From assembly GCF_003991155.1 (NCBI RefSeq), contig NZ_CP031294.1: DNA of 64,000 nt. One strand, written 5' to 3'. The position numbers were made by a program, and so were the translations under genes. A model generated the notes under the pieces. It was not told the origin of the DNA. It saw nothing but the letters and a program-made list of their open reading frames with translations, and searched no databases. This stretch comes from Escherichia coli (GTDB lineage: Bacteria; Pseudomonadota; Gammaproteobacteria; Enterobacterales; Enterobacteriaceae). Positions 50,677 to 61,882 of this stretch are shown in pieces; within the stretch, counting starts at the first letter, position 1; every line of letters begins with the position of its first letter.

Positions 50677-50837
50677 TGTATTGCACCATCGCACACCCAG
50701 ACATAGCTAAAATCGCACCGACAATACCGCTTTTCCAAAAAGCTCTAATTAGGTCATTCGTTACCTAATGTCCGAACTGCTAAAGCATCCAAGTTGCTGT
50801 AGAATCACATCCAATTACTTAAACCTGAAATAAGTGG

Positions 50838-52396
50838 ATGAAAATGACAAGTATTCAACAACGTGCAGAGCTTCATCGCCAGATCTGGCAAATTGCTAAC
50901 GATGTCAGGGGTTCAGTCGATGGATGGGATTTTAAGCAGTACGTTTTGGGCGCGCTTTTTTACCGTTTTATCAGCGAAAATTTTTCCAGTTATATTGAAG
51001 CCGGTGATGACAGTATCTGTTATGCGAAACTGGATGACAGCGTAATTACTGATGACATTAAAGACGATGCCATCAAAACTAAAGGCTACTTCATCTACCC
51101 CAGTCAGCTTTTCTGCAACGTAGCTGCGAAAGCAAATACTAATGACAGACTGAATGCAGATTTAAACAGCATCTTCGTTGCTATCGAAAGTTCTGCTTAC
51201 GGTTATCCTTCAGAAGCTGACATCAAAGGTTTGTTTGCTGATTTCGATACCACCAGTAACCGCCTGGGTAACACCGTTAAAGATAAAAATGCCCGCTTGG
51301 CTGCGGTTCTGAAAGGGGTTGAAGGGCTAAAACTTGGTGACTTCCATGAACATCAGATTGACCTGTTCGGTGACGCCTATGAGTTCCTGATTTCTAACTA
51401 TGCGGCGAATGCCGGTAAGTCCGGCGGCGAGTTCTTTACACCGCAGCACGTCTCTAAGCTGATTGCACAACTGGCTATGCACGGGCAGACCCACGTTAAC
51501 AAAATCTACGACCCGGCAGCAGGCTCCGGTTCGCTGTTGTTGCAGGCGAAAAAACAGTTTGATGACCATATCATCGAAGAAGGTTTTTTTGGTCAGGAAA
51601 TCAACCATACGACCTATAACCTGGCGCGTATGAACATGTTTTTGCACAACATCAACTACGACAAGTTTGATATCAAGCTGGGTAATACACTGACTGAGCC
51701 GCACTTCAGAGATGAAAAACCGTTTGATGCCATCGTTTCTAACCCGCCGTATTCGGTGAAATGGATTGGCAGCGATGACCCGACGCTGATTAACGATGAA
51801 CGTTTTGCCCCGGCTGGCGTTCTGGCCCCCAAATCCAAAGCTGACTTTGCGTTTGTATTACATGCGCTGAACTATCTTTCGGCCAAAGGTCGCGCTGCGA
51901 TTGTCTGCTTCCCAGGCATTTTTTACCGTGGCGGCGCGGAGCAGAAAATCCGTCAGTATCTGGTCGACAATAACTATGTCGAAACCGTGATTTCACTGGC
52001 ACCGAATCTGTTCTTTGGCACCACTATTGCCGTCAATATTCTGGTGCTGTCTAAACATAAAACGGATACCAAAGTTCAGTTTATTGATGCCAGCGAACTG
52101 TTCAAAAAAGAGACTAACAACAACATTCTGACCGATGCTCATATCGAACAGATTATGCAGGTATTTGCCAGCAAGGAAGATGTTGCTCATCTGGCGAAAT
52201 CTGTTGCGTTTGAGACTGTTGTCGCGAATGACTATAACCTGTCGGTGAGCAGCTATGTGGAAGCGAAAGATACTCGCGAAATTATCGATATCGCTGAGCT
52301 GAATGCTGAGCTGAAAACCACGGTCAGCAAAATCGACCAGTTGCGTAAAGATATTGATGCGATTGTTGCTGAGATTGAAGGTAGCGAGGTACAGGC

Positions 52397-52400
<4 letters not shown>
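50838..52400 (+). CDS. hsdM: type I R-M methyltransferase subunit, type IC (EcoR124 family)
   Basis: 520 aa. [25 protein letters not shown]..., SAM motif DPAAGSGS, catalytic NPPYS. Essentially EcoR124I HsdM from memory. Confidence 0.95.
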
Positions 52401-53656
<1,256 letters not shown>

Positions 53657-53777
53657 TTGACCATTGCTACCGACCGGATCACCTTAACATCCGGTCTATA
53701 TAGAGACTATTTTTTACACGCCGGAAGTCGCCCTTAAAGCCCTTCCGGCCCTTGCCAGACGGCACAAAGGATGCGCT

Positions 53778-56700
53778 ATGACTCATCAGACACACACCAT
53801 TGCTGAATCCAATAACTTTATCGTTCTTGATAAGTACATCAAAGCCGAGCAAACAGGCGACAGCTACCAGAGCGAATCGGACCTGGAACGTGAACTGATT
53901 CAGGATCTGCGGAATCAGGGCTATGAATTTATTTCCGTAAAATCTCAGTCGGCGATGCTGGCCAACGTTCGGGAACAGCTTCAGAGCCTCAATGGTGTGA
54001 TGTTTAATGACAGCGAGTGGCGGCGCTTCACGGAGCAGTATCTGGACAACCCCAGCGATGGTATTCTGGATAAAACCCGTAAAATCCATATCGACTATAT
54101 CTGCGACTTTATTTTTGACGACGGGCGACTTGAGAACATCTATTTGATAGATAAAAAGAATCTCATGCGCAATAAGGTGCAGATTATCCAGCAGTTTGAA
54201 CAGACGGGTTCTCATGCTAACCGTTATGACGTCACGATCCTGGTTAATGGTTTACCGCTGGTGCAAATCGAACTAAAAAAACGCGGGGTGGCGATTCGTG
54301 AGGCTTTCAACCAGATACATCGTTACAGTAAAGAGAGTTTTAACAGCGAAAATTCCCTGTTTAAGTATCTGCAACTGTTTGTCATTTCTAACGGCACCGA
54401 TACCCGTTATTTTGCCAACACGACAAAGCGCGATAAAAACAGTTTTGACTTCACCATGAATTGGGCGAAATCAGACAACACGCTGATTAAAGACCTCAAA
54501 GACTTTACCGCTACCTTTTTCCAGAAACATACTCTGCTGAATGTTCTGGTGAACTACAGCGTTTTTGACAGTAGTCAGACGCTACTGGTGATGCGACCGT
54601 ACCAGATTGCCGCCACCGAGCGCATTCTGTGGAAAATTAAGAGTTCCTTTACAGCGAAGAACTGGTCAAAACCGGAAAGCGGTGGGTATATCTGGCATAC
54701 TACCGGTTCTGGTAAAACCCTCACCAGCTTTAAAGCCGCGCGTCTGGCAACAGAGCTGGACTTTATTGATAAAGTCTTCTTTGTGGTCGACAGGAAAGAC
54801 CTCGATTACCAGACCATGAAGGAATATCAGCGTTTTTCGCCAGACAGCGTCAACGGCTCGGAAAATACCGCAGGCCTTAAACGAAATCTGGATAAGGACG
54901 ATAACAAAATTATCGTCACTACTATTCAGAAACTCAATAACCTGATGAAAGCAGAAAGCGACCTGCCTGTATATAATCAGCAAGTGGTGTTTATATTTGA
55001 TGAATGCCACCGCAGCCAGTTTGGAGAAGCGCAGAAAAACCTGAAGAAGAAATTCAAACGCTATTATCAGTTTGGTTTTACCGGCACCCCTATTTTCCCG
55101 GAAAACGCTTTAGGCTCAGAAACGACCGCCAGCGTATTTGGTCGTGAATTGCATTCGTATGTAATTACCGATGCGATTCGTGATGAAAAAGTGCTCAAAT
55201 TCAAGGTGGACTACAACGATGTGCGGCCACAGTTTAAATCTTTAGAGACAGAAACCGACGAGAAAAAACTGAGTGCGGCTGAAAATCAGCAGGCATTTCT
55301 TCATCCCATGCGTATACAGGAAATTACGCAATATATTCTGAATAACTTCCGCCAGAAGACCCACCGTACTTTCCCAGGTTCCAAAGGCTTTAATGCCATG
55401 CTGGCAGTGAGTAGCGTGGATGCCGCGAAAGCCTATTACGCGACGTTTAAACGGTTACAAGAGGAAGCAGCTAATAAATCGGCTACCTATAAACCGCTGC
55501 GTGTTGCAACAATCTTCTCCTTTGCCGCCAATGAAGAACAAAATGCCATTGGTGAAATTTCCGATGAAACTTTTGATACCAGCGCAATGGACAGCAGTGC
55601 TAAAGAGTTTCTTGACGCTGCAATTCGTGAGTATAACAGCTATTTTAAAACTAACTTCAGCACCGACAGTAACGGTTTTCAGAACTACTATCGTGATTTA
55701 GCCCAACGGGTTAAAAATCAGGATATCGATCTGTTAATTGTCGTTGGGATGTTTTTAACCGGCTTCGACGCTCCAACATTGAACACGCTATTCGTCGATA
55801 AAAACTTGCGTTTTCACGGCCTGATGCAGGCATTCTCCCGTACCAACCGCATTTATGACGCTACTAAAACCTTCGGTAACATCGTCACTTTTCGGGATCT
55901 GGAACGCTCAACCATTGATGCCATAACGCTGTTTGGTGATAAAAATACTAAAAATGTGGTGTTAGAAAAGAGTTATGCTGAGTATATGGAAGGCTTTACA
56001 GATGCTGCCACTGGTGAAGCTAAACGCGGCTTTATGGCAGTAGTTTCAGAACTGGAACAACGGTTCCCTGACCCTGCCAGTATTGAAAGTGAAAAACAGA
56101 AGAAAGACTTCGTAAAACTGTTTGGTGAATACCTGCGTGCCGAGAACATCCTGCAAAACTATGATGAATTTGCCACGCTGAAAGCCCTGCAACAAATCGA
56201 TCTTAGCGATCCTGTTGCGGTAGAAAAATTCAAAGCAGAACATTATGTGGATGATGAAAAGTTCGCTGAATTGCAAACAATTCGTCTCCCTGCTGAACGC
56301 AAGATTCAGGATTATCGTTCTGCCTATAACGATATTCGCGACTGGCAGCGCCGTGAGAAAGAAGCTGAGAAAAAAGAGAAATCAACCACTGACTGGGATG
56401 ACGTAGTTTTTGAGGTCGATTTGCTGAAGTCTCAGGAAATAAACCTGGATTATATCCTTGGACTGATTTTCGAACACAACAGACAAAATAAAGGCAAGGG
56501 CGAAATGATCGAAGAGGTCAAACGCTTAATTCGTTCAAGCCTGGGGAACCGGGCGAAAGAGGGCCTGGTGGTCGATTTTATTCAGCAAACGAACCTGGAT
56601 GATTTACCAGACAAAGCCAGTATCATTGAGGCATTCTTTACGTTTGCTCAACGCGAACAGCAACGTGAAGCAGAAGCATTGATAAAAGAAGAAAATCTCA

Positions 56701-56894
56701 ATGAAGAGGCGGCGAAACGCTATATTCGCACGTCTTTAAAACGCGAATACGCCACCGAAAATGGCACAGAATTAAACGAGACATTACCAAAACTTAGTCC
56801 GTTAAACCCGCAATATAAAACGAAAAAACAGACCGTTTTCCAGAAAATCGTCACGTTTATTGAAAAGTTCAAAGGAGTAGGTGGGCAGATATAG
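53778..56894 (+). CDS. hsdR: type IC restriction/translocase subunit
   Basis: 1038 aa. Motor motifs TTGSGKT and FDECHRS. Has its own promoter region after a 121-bp gap, as in EcoR124. Confidence 0.95.
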   Translation: MTHQTHTIAESNNFIVLDKYIKAEQTGDSYQSESDLERELIQDLRNQGYEFISVKSQSAMLANVREQLQSLNGVMFNDSEWRRFTEQYLDNPSDGILDKTRKIHIDYICDFIFDDGRLENIYLIDKKNLMRNKVQIIQQFEQTGSHANRYDVTILVNGLPLVQIELKKRGVAIREAFNQIHRYSKESFNSENSLFKYLQLFVISNGTDTRYFANTTKRDKNSFDFTMNWAKSDNTLIKDLKDFTATFFQKHTLLNVLVNYSVFDSSQTLLVMRPYQIAATERILWKIKSSFTAKNWSKPESGGYIWHTTGSGKTLTSFKAARLATELDFIDKVFFVVDRKDLDYQTMKEYQRFSPDSVNGSENTAGLKRNLDKDDNKIIVTTIQKLNNLMKAESDLPVYNQQVVFIFDECHRSQFGEAQKNLKKKFKRYYQFGFTGTPIFPENALGSETTASVFGRELHSYVITDAIRDEKVLKFKVDYNDVRPQFKSLETETDEKKLSAAENQQAFLHPMRIQEITQYILNNFRQKTHRTFPGSKGFNAMLAVSSVDAAKAYYATFKRLQEEAANKSATYKPLRVATIFSFAANEEQNAIGEISDETFDTSAMDSSAKEFLDAAIREYNSYFKTNFSTDSNGFQNYYRDLAQRVKNQDIDLLIVVGMFLTGFDAPTLNTLFVDKNLRFHGLMQAFSRTNRIYDATKTFGNIVTFRDLERSTIDAITLFGDKNTKNVVLEKSYAEYMEGFTDAATGEAKRGFMAVVSELEQRFPDPASIESEKQKKDFVKLFGEYLRAENILQNYDEFATLKALQQIDLSDPVAVEKFKAEHYVDDEKFAELQTIRLPAERKIQDYRSAYNDIRDWQRREKEAEKKEKSTTDWDDVVFEVDLLKSQEINLDYILGLIFEHNRQNKGKGEMIEEVKRLIRSSLGNRAKEGLVVDFIQQTNLDDLPDKASIIEAFFTFAQREQQREAEALIKEENLNEEAAKRYIRTSLKREYATENGTELNETLPKLSPLNPQYKTKKQTVFQKIVTFIEKFKGVGGQI

Positions 56895-56952
56895 TGTATT
56901 AATCTGAACCAGATCTGGCAGACATCTGTGCAAATTGCAGATAGCTGTCAGA

Positions 56953-57363
56953 TCAAACCATCGTAGGGATGTTTGTATCCACTTTGAACTCAGGTACACC
57001 AACGAACTCTTTAACCTTCATCTGGTAGCCGGTTCTGTCAGTTTTGATGACTTCCTGTTTGCCCTCTATAAACTGCTCACGCCACTCGTCGCGACGGGAA
57101 GCTGGCATGATCAGCAAAACGTTAGTCATATCCGTGACCTTCCTCCAGTACTCGGCCCAAATATTCTGTTTCACCCATTCCAGATCGACTTTATCCAGCC
57201 AAGCTCGATTCAAACGTGAGCGTTCTTCATCTGGTCGATGGTTTAGTCTCAGCAGGCGATTAATCATGTTGTGGCGTTCGTCGCCATAAACGAAGTCGTG
57301 TACCTGATACATGAAGGCGATCTCTTTCTCGCACTCGGCCACGATTTCGTGGATGACATTCAT
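56953..57363 (-). CDS. hypothetical protein (136 aa)
   Basis: ORF convergent with hsdR. RBS AGGAA. No motif recognised. Confidence 0.55.
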   Translation of the reverse strand: MNVIHEIVAECEKEIAFMYQVHDFVYGDERHNMINRLLRLNHRPDEERSRLNRAWLDKVDLEWVKQNIWAEYWRKVTDMTNVLLIMPASRRDEWREQFIEGKQEVIKTDRTGYQMKVKEFVGVPEFKVDTNIPTMV

Positions 57364-57370
57364 TTCCTGC

Positions 57371-57398
57371 CGATAGTCGATAGTCGATAGTCGATAGC
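57371..57398. repeat. heptanucleotide tandem repeat (CGATAGT)x3 + CGATAGC
   Basis: Direct read. It starts 8 nt upstream of ATG 57363, immediately 5' of the RBS. Confidence 0.9.
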
Positions 57399-57443
57399 AG
57401 CGTTTGAGTTGGGATCGTCGATGATGGAAAGGGCTGTATTCAT

Positions 57444-57483
57444 AATAGCACCATTAAGAAGTGATTTGTTTAATGGTGCTATT
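57444..57483. terminator. perfect 14-bp-stem hairpin
   Basis: AATAGCACCATTAA-n12-TTAATGGTGCTATT, between 57547 (stop) and 57363 (start). Confidence 0.5.
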
Positions 57484-57546
57484 ATTTCAAAAATGAAAAG
57501 GTACTAAATAGAAATAAACAGGCAATCCTTCAAATAAAGGCATTGG

Positions 57547-58161
57547 CTAATCATACTTGGAGGTATTTATCACCAGAATTTTGTTTGTATAAATCTTCTT
57601 AATATCCCATGTGACATTACCGGAATACCATTGACCGTTATATACTTGGTTTCCAGTTGCACCTGTCATTGTTACATAGACAGGTCTGTCGTAATCGGTT
57701 CGTCTATAGTTATATACTCCAACCATAGCAGGCATTACCGCACATGGATACCCCATATCTATTGTAAATTGAGGGTCAGAAATAGTGATAAGTTTCGCAT
57801 CAAGGGGCATCATCTCACCGTGATACACCATTGCGCCTGCGCTGTTATACATGGCAATGCCATAGCCAGAATGTGGTAACACCATATCAGAAAAAGCATA
57901 AACTGTTATTGTTCCGGGGCTACCATTTACCTGATGCAATCTGAGAGCATTGTATCCGTTACTATGTTCATGAATAAACATCATGTTCGCCTTATTACTG
58001 CTTTTTATGAAAAAAAAACATGATTTGTTTGATGGGATTGATGTTTGAAAAACAGAACCTTTAGATGTAGACATTGTCCCTTTATTAATCAGATTTTGCG
58101 GAGTAAATTCAGGACTCATCCACAAACTTCCATCTGATTGAGTAATTGACATCCCGAACAT
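57547..58161 (-). CDS. hypothetical protein (204 aa), AT-rich, paralogous motif with the upstream gene
   Basis: Trimmed to ATG 58161 (GGGGATAA upstream, 2 nt after the upstream TAA). Contains SGYGIAMYNSAGAMVY, compare MAYGTGIYNNKGINV. Confidence 0.55.
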   Translation of the reverse strand: MFGMSITQSDGSLWMSPEFTPQNLINKGTMSTSKGSVFQTSIPSNKSCFFFIKSSNKANMMFIHEHSNGYNALRLHQVNGSPGTITVYAFSDMVLPHSGYGIAMYNSAGAMVYHGEMMPLDAKLITISDPQFTIDMGYPCAVMPAMVGVYNYRRTDYDRPVYVTMTGATGNQVYNGQWYSGNVTWDIKKIYTNKILVINTSKYD

Positions 58162-58163
58162 AA

Positions 58164-58445
58164 TTATCCCCAGTATGTGTATATGTAAGAACCAAGCCCC
58201 GTATATAAATTTGACCAACTAACCGTATTTCCATTAATAGTAACATTTGGAACAGGTAAATTGATGTAGTTGTCGTTGTTAAGAGGCATTAATGACCACA
58301 CGGCATGTAGTGATTTACCCGGTGGCGGATTAGAGTACGTCTTAGAGCCTGATGACGCCGTAAATCGATCAAGAAAAAAAATAGGTGTAAGGAAGCCAGT
58401 AACGTTAATTCCTTTATTGTTGTAAATCCCTGTACCGTATGCCAT
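58164..58445 (-). CDS. hypothetical protein (93 aa), AT-rich
   Basis: Starts MAYGTGIYNNKGINVTGF. Coupled to the downstream gene. Confidence 0.55.
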   Translation of the reverse strand: MAYGTGIYNNKGINVTGFLTPIFFLDRFTASSGSKTYSNPPPGKSLHAVWSLMPLNNDNYINLPVPNVTINGNTVSWSNLYTGLGSYIYTYWG

Positions 58446-58499
58446 TTTTCACCCTTGTTTTTATCAACACAATATGGCCGATCATGCGGCCATATCAGA

Positions 58500-59069
58500 T
58501 CAATTAGAGCTTTGAAAGACTTTGTGTGGTTGTGTTGCGAGGTTATGTCGATGGCTTAACTCACGCATCATGTCTTCAAGGCGACTCTTTGTGTCGTCGA
58601 GTTGGTCGGCCATTGCTCCCAAAAGCTGACGAACGGCCATAGGATCATCGCTGTTTAGTGATGGCATTTTATAACCCGCCTGAGAAGACATAAGATTGAA
58701 CGCAGACATCAACATCGTTAGAGAGGATTTAAGCCCAGCAATTTCACGATCTTTGCTGGCAATAATCGTCTCACTCTTGTTAGTGTCATCAGTTCGTTGA
58801 GTCTCGCTCACCATATCCAAAGTCGCCTGCAACTTATCAGCGCGCTCTTTTTCAGCAAGATAATGAACACCGAAATGATGTGCTAAAGCTACAACCTGAG
58901 TTGGCTCTTCAAAGGTGGACTCAAAATTAAGTGCTGTAACCACTCTCTCAAATATGGAAACGTCTTCTATTCCTCGAAGAATGGCTAACATTTTGACCAG
59001 TTCATTAGCATCCATTTCTTCGAATAAGGCGTTTTGTTCATCAGCTATCGCTTTGCATTTCTTGCACAT
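58500..59069 (-). CDS. hypothetical protein (189 aa)
   Basis: ORF with an E-type module upstream. Helical/coiled. Confidence 0.55.
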   Translation of the reverse strand: MCKKCKAIADEQNALFEEMDANELVKMLAILRGIEDVSIFERVVTALNFESTFEEPTQVVALAHHFGVHYLAEKERADKLQATLDMVSETQRTDDTNKSETIIASKDREIAGLKSSLTMLMSAFNLMSSQAGYKMPSLNSDDPMAVRQLLGAMADQLDDTKSRLEDMMRELSHRHNLATQPHKVFQSSN

Positions 59070-59087
59070 GTGTTTTTCCTAATTCTT

Positions 59088-59119
59088 AAACAAGTTGTTT
59101 TCTTATTGGCTTTATTGTG
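59088..59119 (-). promoter_or_regulatory. E-type promoter/leader module (right of the metG-hsd block)
   Basis: The gene strand reads CACAATAAAGCCAATAAGAAAACAACTTGTTTAAG. Confidence 0.55.
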
Positions 59120-59208
59120 ATGTGGCATAAAAGGGGAGCAAGCTAAACGTAAAGGTGCAAACTCTCTATTTCGGTCAACGAAACACAAGGGCCATTTGGC
59201 CCTTGTTA

Positions 59209-59367
59209 TTAACACGTTGCTTTACGGACTAGCGGATAAGCGAAGTAGATCGCCAGACCAATGAGGACGCCATCAGAAATGACAGACATCATCTTTCCCG
59301 TAAAATCCACCAACACCGCCATCACCAGAAGAGCAATGACGATCACAAGCCGGAATCTCTCAAGCAT
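59209..59367 (-). CDS. small membrane protein (52 aa), below the ORF-track cutoff
   Basis: MLERFRLVIVIALLVMAVLVDFTGKMMSVISDGVLIGLAIYFAYPLVRKATC. TAATG overlap with the TerB-like stop. Two hydrophobic helices. Confidence 0.45.
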   Translation of the reverse strand: MLERFRLVIVIALLVMAVLVDFTGKMMSVISDGVLIGLAIYFAYPLVRKATC

Positions 59368-59792
59368 TAGAGATAAGCATCCAGTGACAACTGAAGCGCC
59401 TGGGCGATCTTTTTCAGTGCCTGCTCTTCTTGTTCACCAATGCCATCCTGATCGGCAATATCAAGGCACAGACACAGAACATCGACCGCCTCTGGAGTAC
59501 CCGCAATATCAGACAGCTCACGAATAGCCTGTGCATTAGCAGAACGAGGGGACGCTTCGTAACGAGCACGGATATTGGCGCTCATTTGGGCAATTTCACC
59601 AGCAAACGGAGAAAACGCAGGCAGAGCTGCAATTGTCTTCTCAAGAATGGCAATTTCTTTTGCGTCACATGTGCCGTCGGCATAGGAGATCATGTACGCG
59701 CCCCACACGGTGGCCTCAACCGCATCACGGTTCTCCATTTTTTTGACTTCGATAACTGCTTTACGAGTTTTCTTTTTGAAGAAACCTAACAT
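59367..59792 (-). CDS. TerB-family (tellurite-resistance-like) protein
   Basis: 141 aa. Architecture and motifs (ISYADGTCDAKEIAILEK..., DIADQDGIGEQEEQALKKIAQAL) resemble TerB repeats (ADG-x-x-x-x-E). Assigned from memory. Confidence 0.55.
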   Translation of the reverse strand: MLGFFKKKTRKAVIEVKKMENRDAVEATVWGAYMISYADGTCDAKEIAILEKTIAALPAFSPFAGEIAQMSANIRARYEASPRSANAQAIRELSDIAGTPEAVDVLCLCLDIADQDGIGEQEEQALKKIAQALQLSLDAYL

Positions 59793-59816
59793 GTGTTTTC
59801 CTTTTGTTATTTGTCA

Positions 59817-59847
59817 AAACAAGTTGTTTTATAGTTTCATAAATTGC
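59817..59847 (-). promoter_or_regulatory. E-type promoter/leader module
   Basis: The gene strand reads AATTTATGAAACTATAAAACAACTTGTTTTGAC. Confidence 0.5.
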
Positions 59848-59885
59848 TTACGCAAAGATGGTCAATGCATATGCACTAACAGCCG

Positions 59886-60074
59886 TCAGAAATAACCAAG
59901 TACCGAACCGACTGGAAAAACAAAAATCCCAACTACACGAGCCAAGGTCATGCCAGCCTGAAACTGGAGATCGCCAGAGCAAACAAGTTTTATAATGTTC
60001 GATACCCAACCGGCGGCCATGAGGGCAAGAATTGCCAGCCAAATTTTTCCAAAGTGATTTGAAAACCAGTTCAT
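59886..60074 (-). CDS. small membrane protein (62 aa)
   Basis: Two TM helices (IWLAILALMAAGWV, VVGIFVFPVGSVLGYF). ATGA overlap with the upstream ORF. Confidence 0.5.
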   Translation of the reverse strand: MNWFSNHFGKIWLAILALMAAGWVSNIIKLVCSGDLQFQAGMTLARVVGIFVFPVGSVLGYF

Positions 60075-60322
60075 ACAACCGCCTTAGTCACAGCATGATC
60101 CTGAGTAACCGGATGAACTTGAGGTATCGCATCCACCGTCATCCCATCCAGAGTGACAGGACGCTCTACTGGAGTGGTGGTAATTGTCGTCGACGGAGGT
60201 GTGGTGATGGATGAACCCGGCATCAAAAGGCTCTGGCCGGCTGGAACGGCTACCGTCGCCAGTGAAACTATAATGAGAACGTAGGCCATTGGTTTCAGCC
60301 TCTTTCTTTGAAAATTTTCCAT
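60071..60322 (-). CDS. secreted Thr/Pro-rich small protein
   Basis: Signal-like MENFQRKRLKPMAYVLIIVSLATVAVPAGQ. Coupled (ATGA) to the downstream membrane protein. Embedded in another frame of 60084..60578. Confidence 0.45.
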   Translation of the reverse strand: MENFQRKRLKPMAYVLIIVSLATVAVPAGQSLLMPGSSITTPPSTTITTTPVERPVTLDGMTVDAIPQVHPVTQDHAVTKAVV

Positions 60323-60578
60323 TCGAACTGTCCTTGTTGTTTTTCTCCTTCACTAAAGGCCGTGTACTTTTCGCTTCGCGTGAAGAACCAGAGGCAACAA
60401 TCGCCCCCACGTTCGCAACAACTGACGCTTGATTATCTAAACGTTCATTCAGCAACCGAACGGTAGTCTCTAGTTCATCAAGACGTGACATAACACGACC
60501 GCTAAACAATTCGGCCAAAATTTGACGTAAAGAACGAGGACGTTTAGTTGCAGAAGTGAAATAGGTTTGACGTGCCAT
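60084..60578 (-). CDS. hypothetical protein; only the N-terminal ~80 aa look protein-like
   Basis: The N-terminal part is coiled (SRLDELETTVRLLNERLDNQ). The C-terminal half (S/H/G/D-rich) overlaps the better-supported 60071..60322 frame. The true 3' end is unclear. Confidence 0.35.
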   Translation of the reverse strand: MARQTYFTSATKRPRSLRQILAELFSGRVMSRLDELETTVRLLNERLDNQASVVANVGAIVASGSSREAKSTRPLVKEKNNKDSSNGKFSKKEAETNGLRSHYSFTGDGSRSSRPEPFDAGFIHHHTSVDDNYHHSSRASCHSGWDDGGCDTSSSSGYSGSCCD

Positions 60579-60706
60579 GTGGACTCCATCCAGTGTCAGA
60601 AAGAGTTGCGGCTGGCGATTGCCAGCCGCCTTTCTCGTTCCATCCTGGAACTGTGTCTTACCGACACATTGTCATCCTGACGCTGATAAGATACATGATT
60701 TAAAAT

Positions 60707-60728
60707 GATAGGTAAACACTTACTTACC
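60707..60728 (-). promoter_or_regulatory. L-type dyad motif (right of the metG-hsd block)
   Basis: The gene strand reads GGTAAGTAAGTGTTTACCTATCAT. GGTAA/TTACC arms. Confidence 0.4.
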
Positions 60729-61317
60729 ACTTGTTATAAACAAAACCAATATCTTTCTTGTGAGGCATATCTGCTGCTGAAAAAGCTGCGATCTTCGCGA
60801 GTCGATCACATATTTCATTTTCACGATGCCCGGCGTGACCTTTAACCCACTTCCAGCGAACATTATGTCGACTTGCGGCCTCATCCAGACGTTTCCACAG
60901 ATCAACATTCTTTACCGGTTTTTTATCAGAAGTCATCCATCCATTACGTTTCCACCATTTCATCCACTGTGTCATGCCGTTTTTCAGATACTGGCTATCA
61001 GAGTACAAAATAACGTTGCATGGATATTTCAAACGCTCCAGCCCGATAAGTGCGCCCATCATCTCCATGCGGTTATTGGTGGTGCTATGAAAACCATCTG
61101 AGAACTCGCGTTCCTCACCACGATACTGGAGAACGATACCGTAACCGCCCGGGCCACCCGGATTTTTAAGGCAAGAGCCATCACTAAAGATTTTCACGGT
61201 TTTGAGCTGGGGATTGAACTCTACGACAGGCGTTGTGGGATTGGTGCGGGGAGAATTTTTGTTTTTGGCTTTTTTGCGAGTTTTTGCTTGCGATCGGGCT
61301 GGTGTCTTCGTCGTCAT
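60724..61317 (-). CDS. rnhA: RNase HI with a basic N-terminal extension
   Basis: Trimmed to ATG 61317 (CAGGAG 5 nt upstream). RNase H core FSDGSC...GGYG...TNNRMEM...SDSQY...W..H.GH..NE..D, preceded by about 45 aa rich in K/R/P/T. Confidence 0.85.
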   Translation of the reverse strand: MTTKTPARSQAKTRKKAKNKNSPRTNPTTPVVEFNPQLKTVKIFSDGSCLKNPGGPGGYGIVLQYRGEEREFSDGFHSTTNNRMEMMGALIGLERLKYPCNVILYSDSQYLKNGMTQWMKWWKRNGWMTSDKKPVKNVDLWKRLDEAASRHNVRWKWVKGHAGHRENEICDRLAKIAAFSAADMPHKKDIGFVYNKW

Positions 61318-61355
61318 ATAAACTCCTGAATCAAGCGCCGCGCCGATTTTTTCCT

Positions 61356-61380
61356 CGCGCGTGCGCACACGCGTGCGTGT
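61356..61380. repeat. 25-nt perfectly alternating pyrimidine-purine tract (Z-DNA-prone)
   Basis: CGCGCGTGCGCACACGCGTGCGTGT. Contains the 8-bp palindromes GTGCGCAC and CACGCGTG. Confidence 0.85.
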
Positions 61381-61403
61381 TAATAATTATTAAAATAAAC
61401 AAA

Positions 61404-61783
61404 TTACTTCCCAGAACAGGTTTTTTATAAACCTGAACTGAACGAACGAAGTGAGTGAAGTTCACCTCGAACGAAGTGAGAGGTTGTCTTTTCAGGTAAT
61501 ACTCTCCCAGGGAGGTGAGTATAAAATTCCTCACCAACCTGGTCGTTTCATAACCTGAAAAGCTATGGTCTAAGTCTACTGCCAGCTTAGACTTGGGAAG
61601 TTATGGATGACAGCACCCCAGAACCGAGATCTTCCCACACTTTATGAAGGGGAGTACTGGATTCAACCTCTCGAAACACCCCAGACTCGACAATCATAAA
61701 GTGACCCTTGTCTCTGCTCACTTTGGTTCCCCCTTCCCCGACACCTAAACGGCACCGGTTCTACGCTGGTAGTGAGCTTTTTT
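61404..61783 (+). ncRNA. candidate about 345-nt structured RNA (orientation tentative)
   Basis: Promoter-like TTACTT-N16-TATAAA (61404-61431). Direct repeats CGAACGAAGTGAG x2. Nested helices: GTCTAAG/CTTAGAC, GGGAAG/CTTCCC, ACTTTATGA/TCATAAAGT enclosing GGGG/CCCC, and GCTCACT/AGTGAGC followed by T6 (61778-61783). No credible ORF. Confidence 0.4.
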
Positions 61784-61882
61784 AAACCTGACGCCAGTGA
61801 CGCTTACCCCCACCCATCAGGTCGAGTCTCCAGTCTACGACTGGAAACTATCAGATCTTAGCACTTACAATTCACTTTATGA

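Noticed and set aside
57547-58445. Suspected frameshifted pseudogene, because ORFs 57547..58218 and 58164..58445 overlap by 55 nt
   Set aside because: Reading the junction shows TAA, then 2 nt, then an ATG (58161) with a GGGGATAA RBS. These are two intact coupled genes. The overlap came from an upstream in-frame Met in the ORF track.
60071-60578. Rz/Rz1-like embedded spanin pair (83-aa ORF nested in a 164-aa ORF)
   Set aside because: The outer ORF lacks an N-terminal TM helix and the inner one has no lipobox Cys. A genuine spanin pair already exists at 3799-4198.
61356-61380. N15-type telomere-resolution (tel) site, suggested by the alternating CG/CA tract
   Set aside because: There is no flanking 20-28-bp perfect palindrome around it and no protelomerase gene in the window. 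It is kept only as a Z-DNA-prone repeat.
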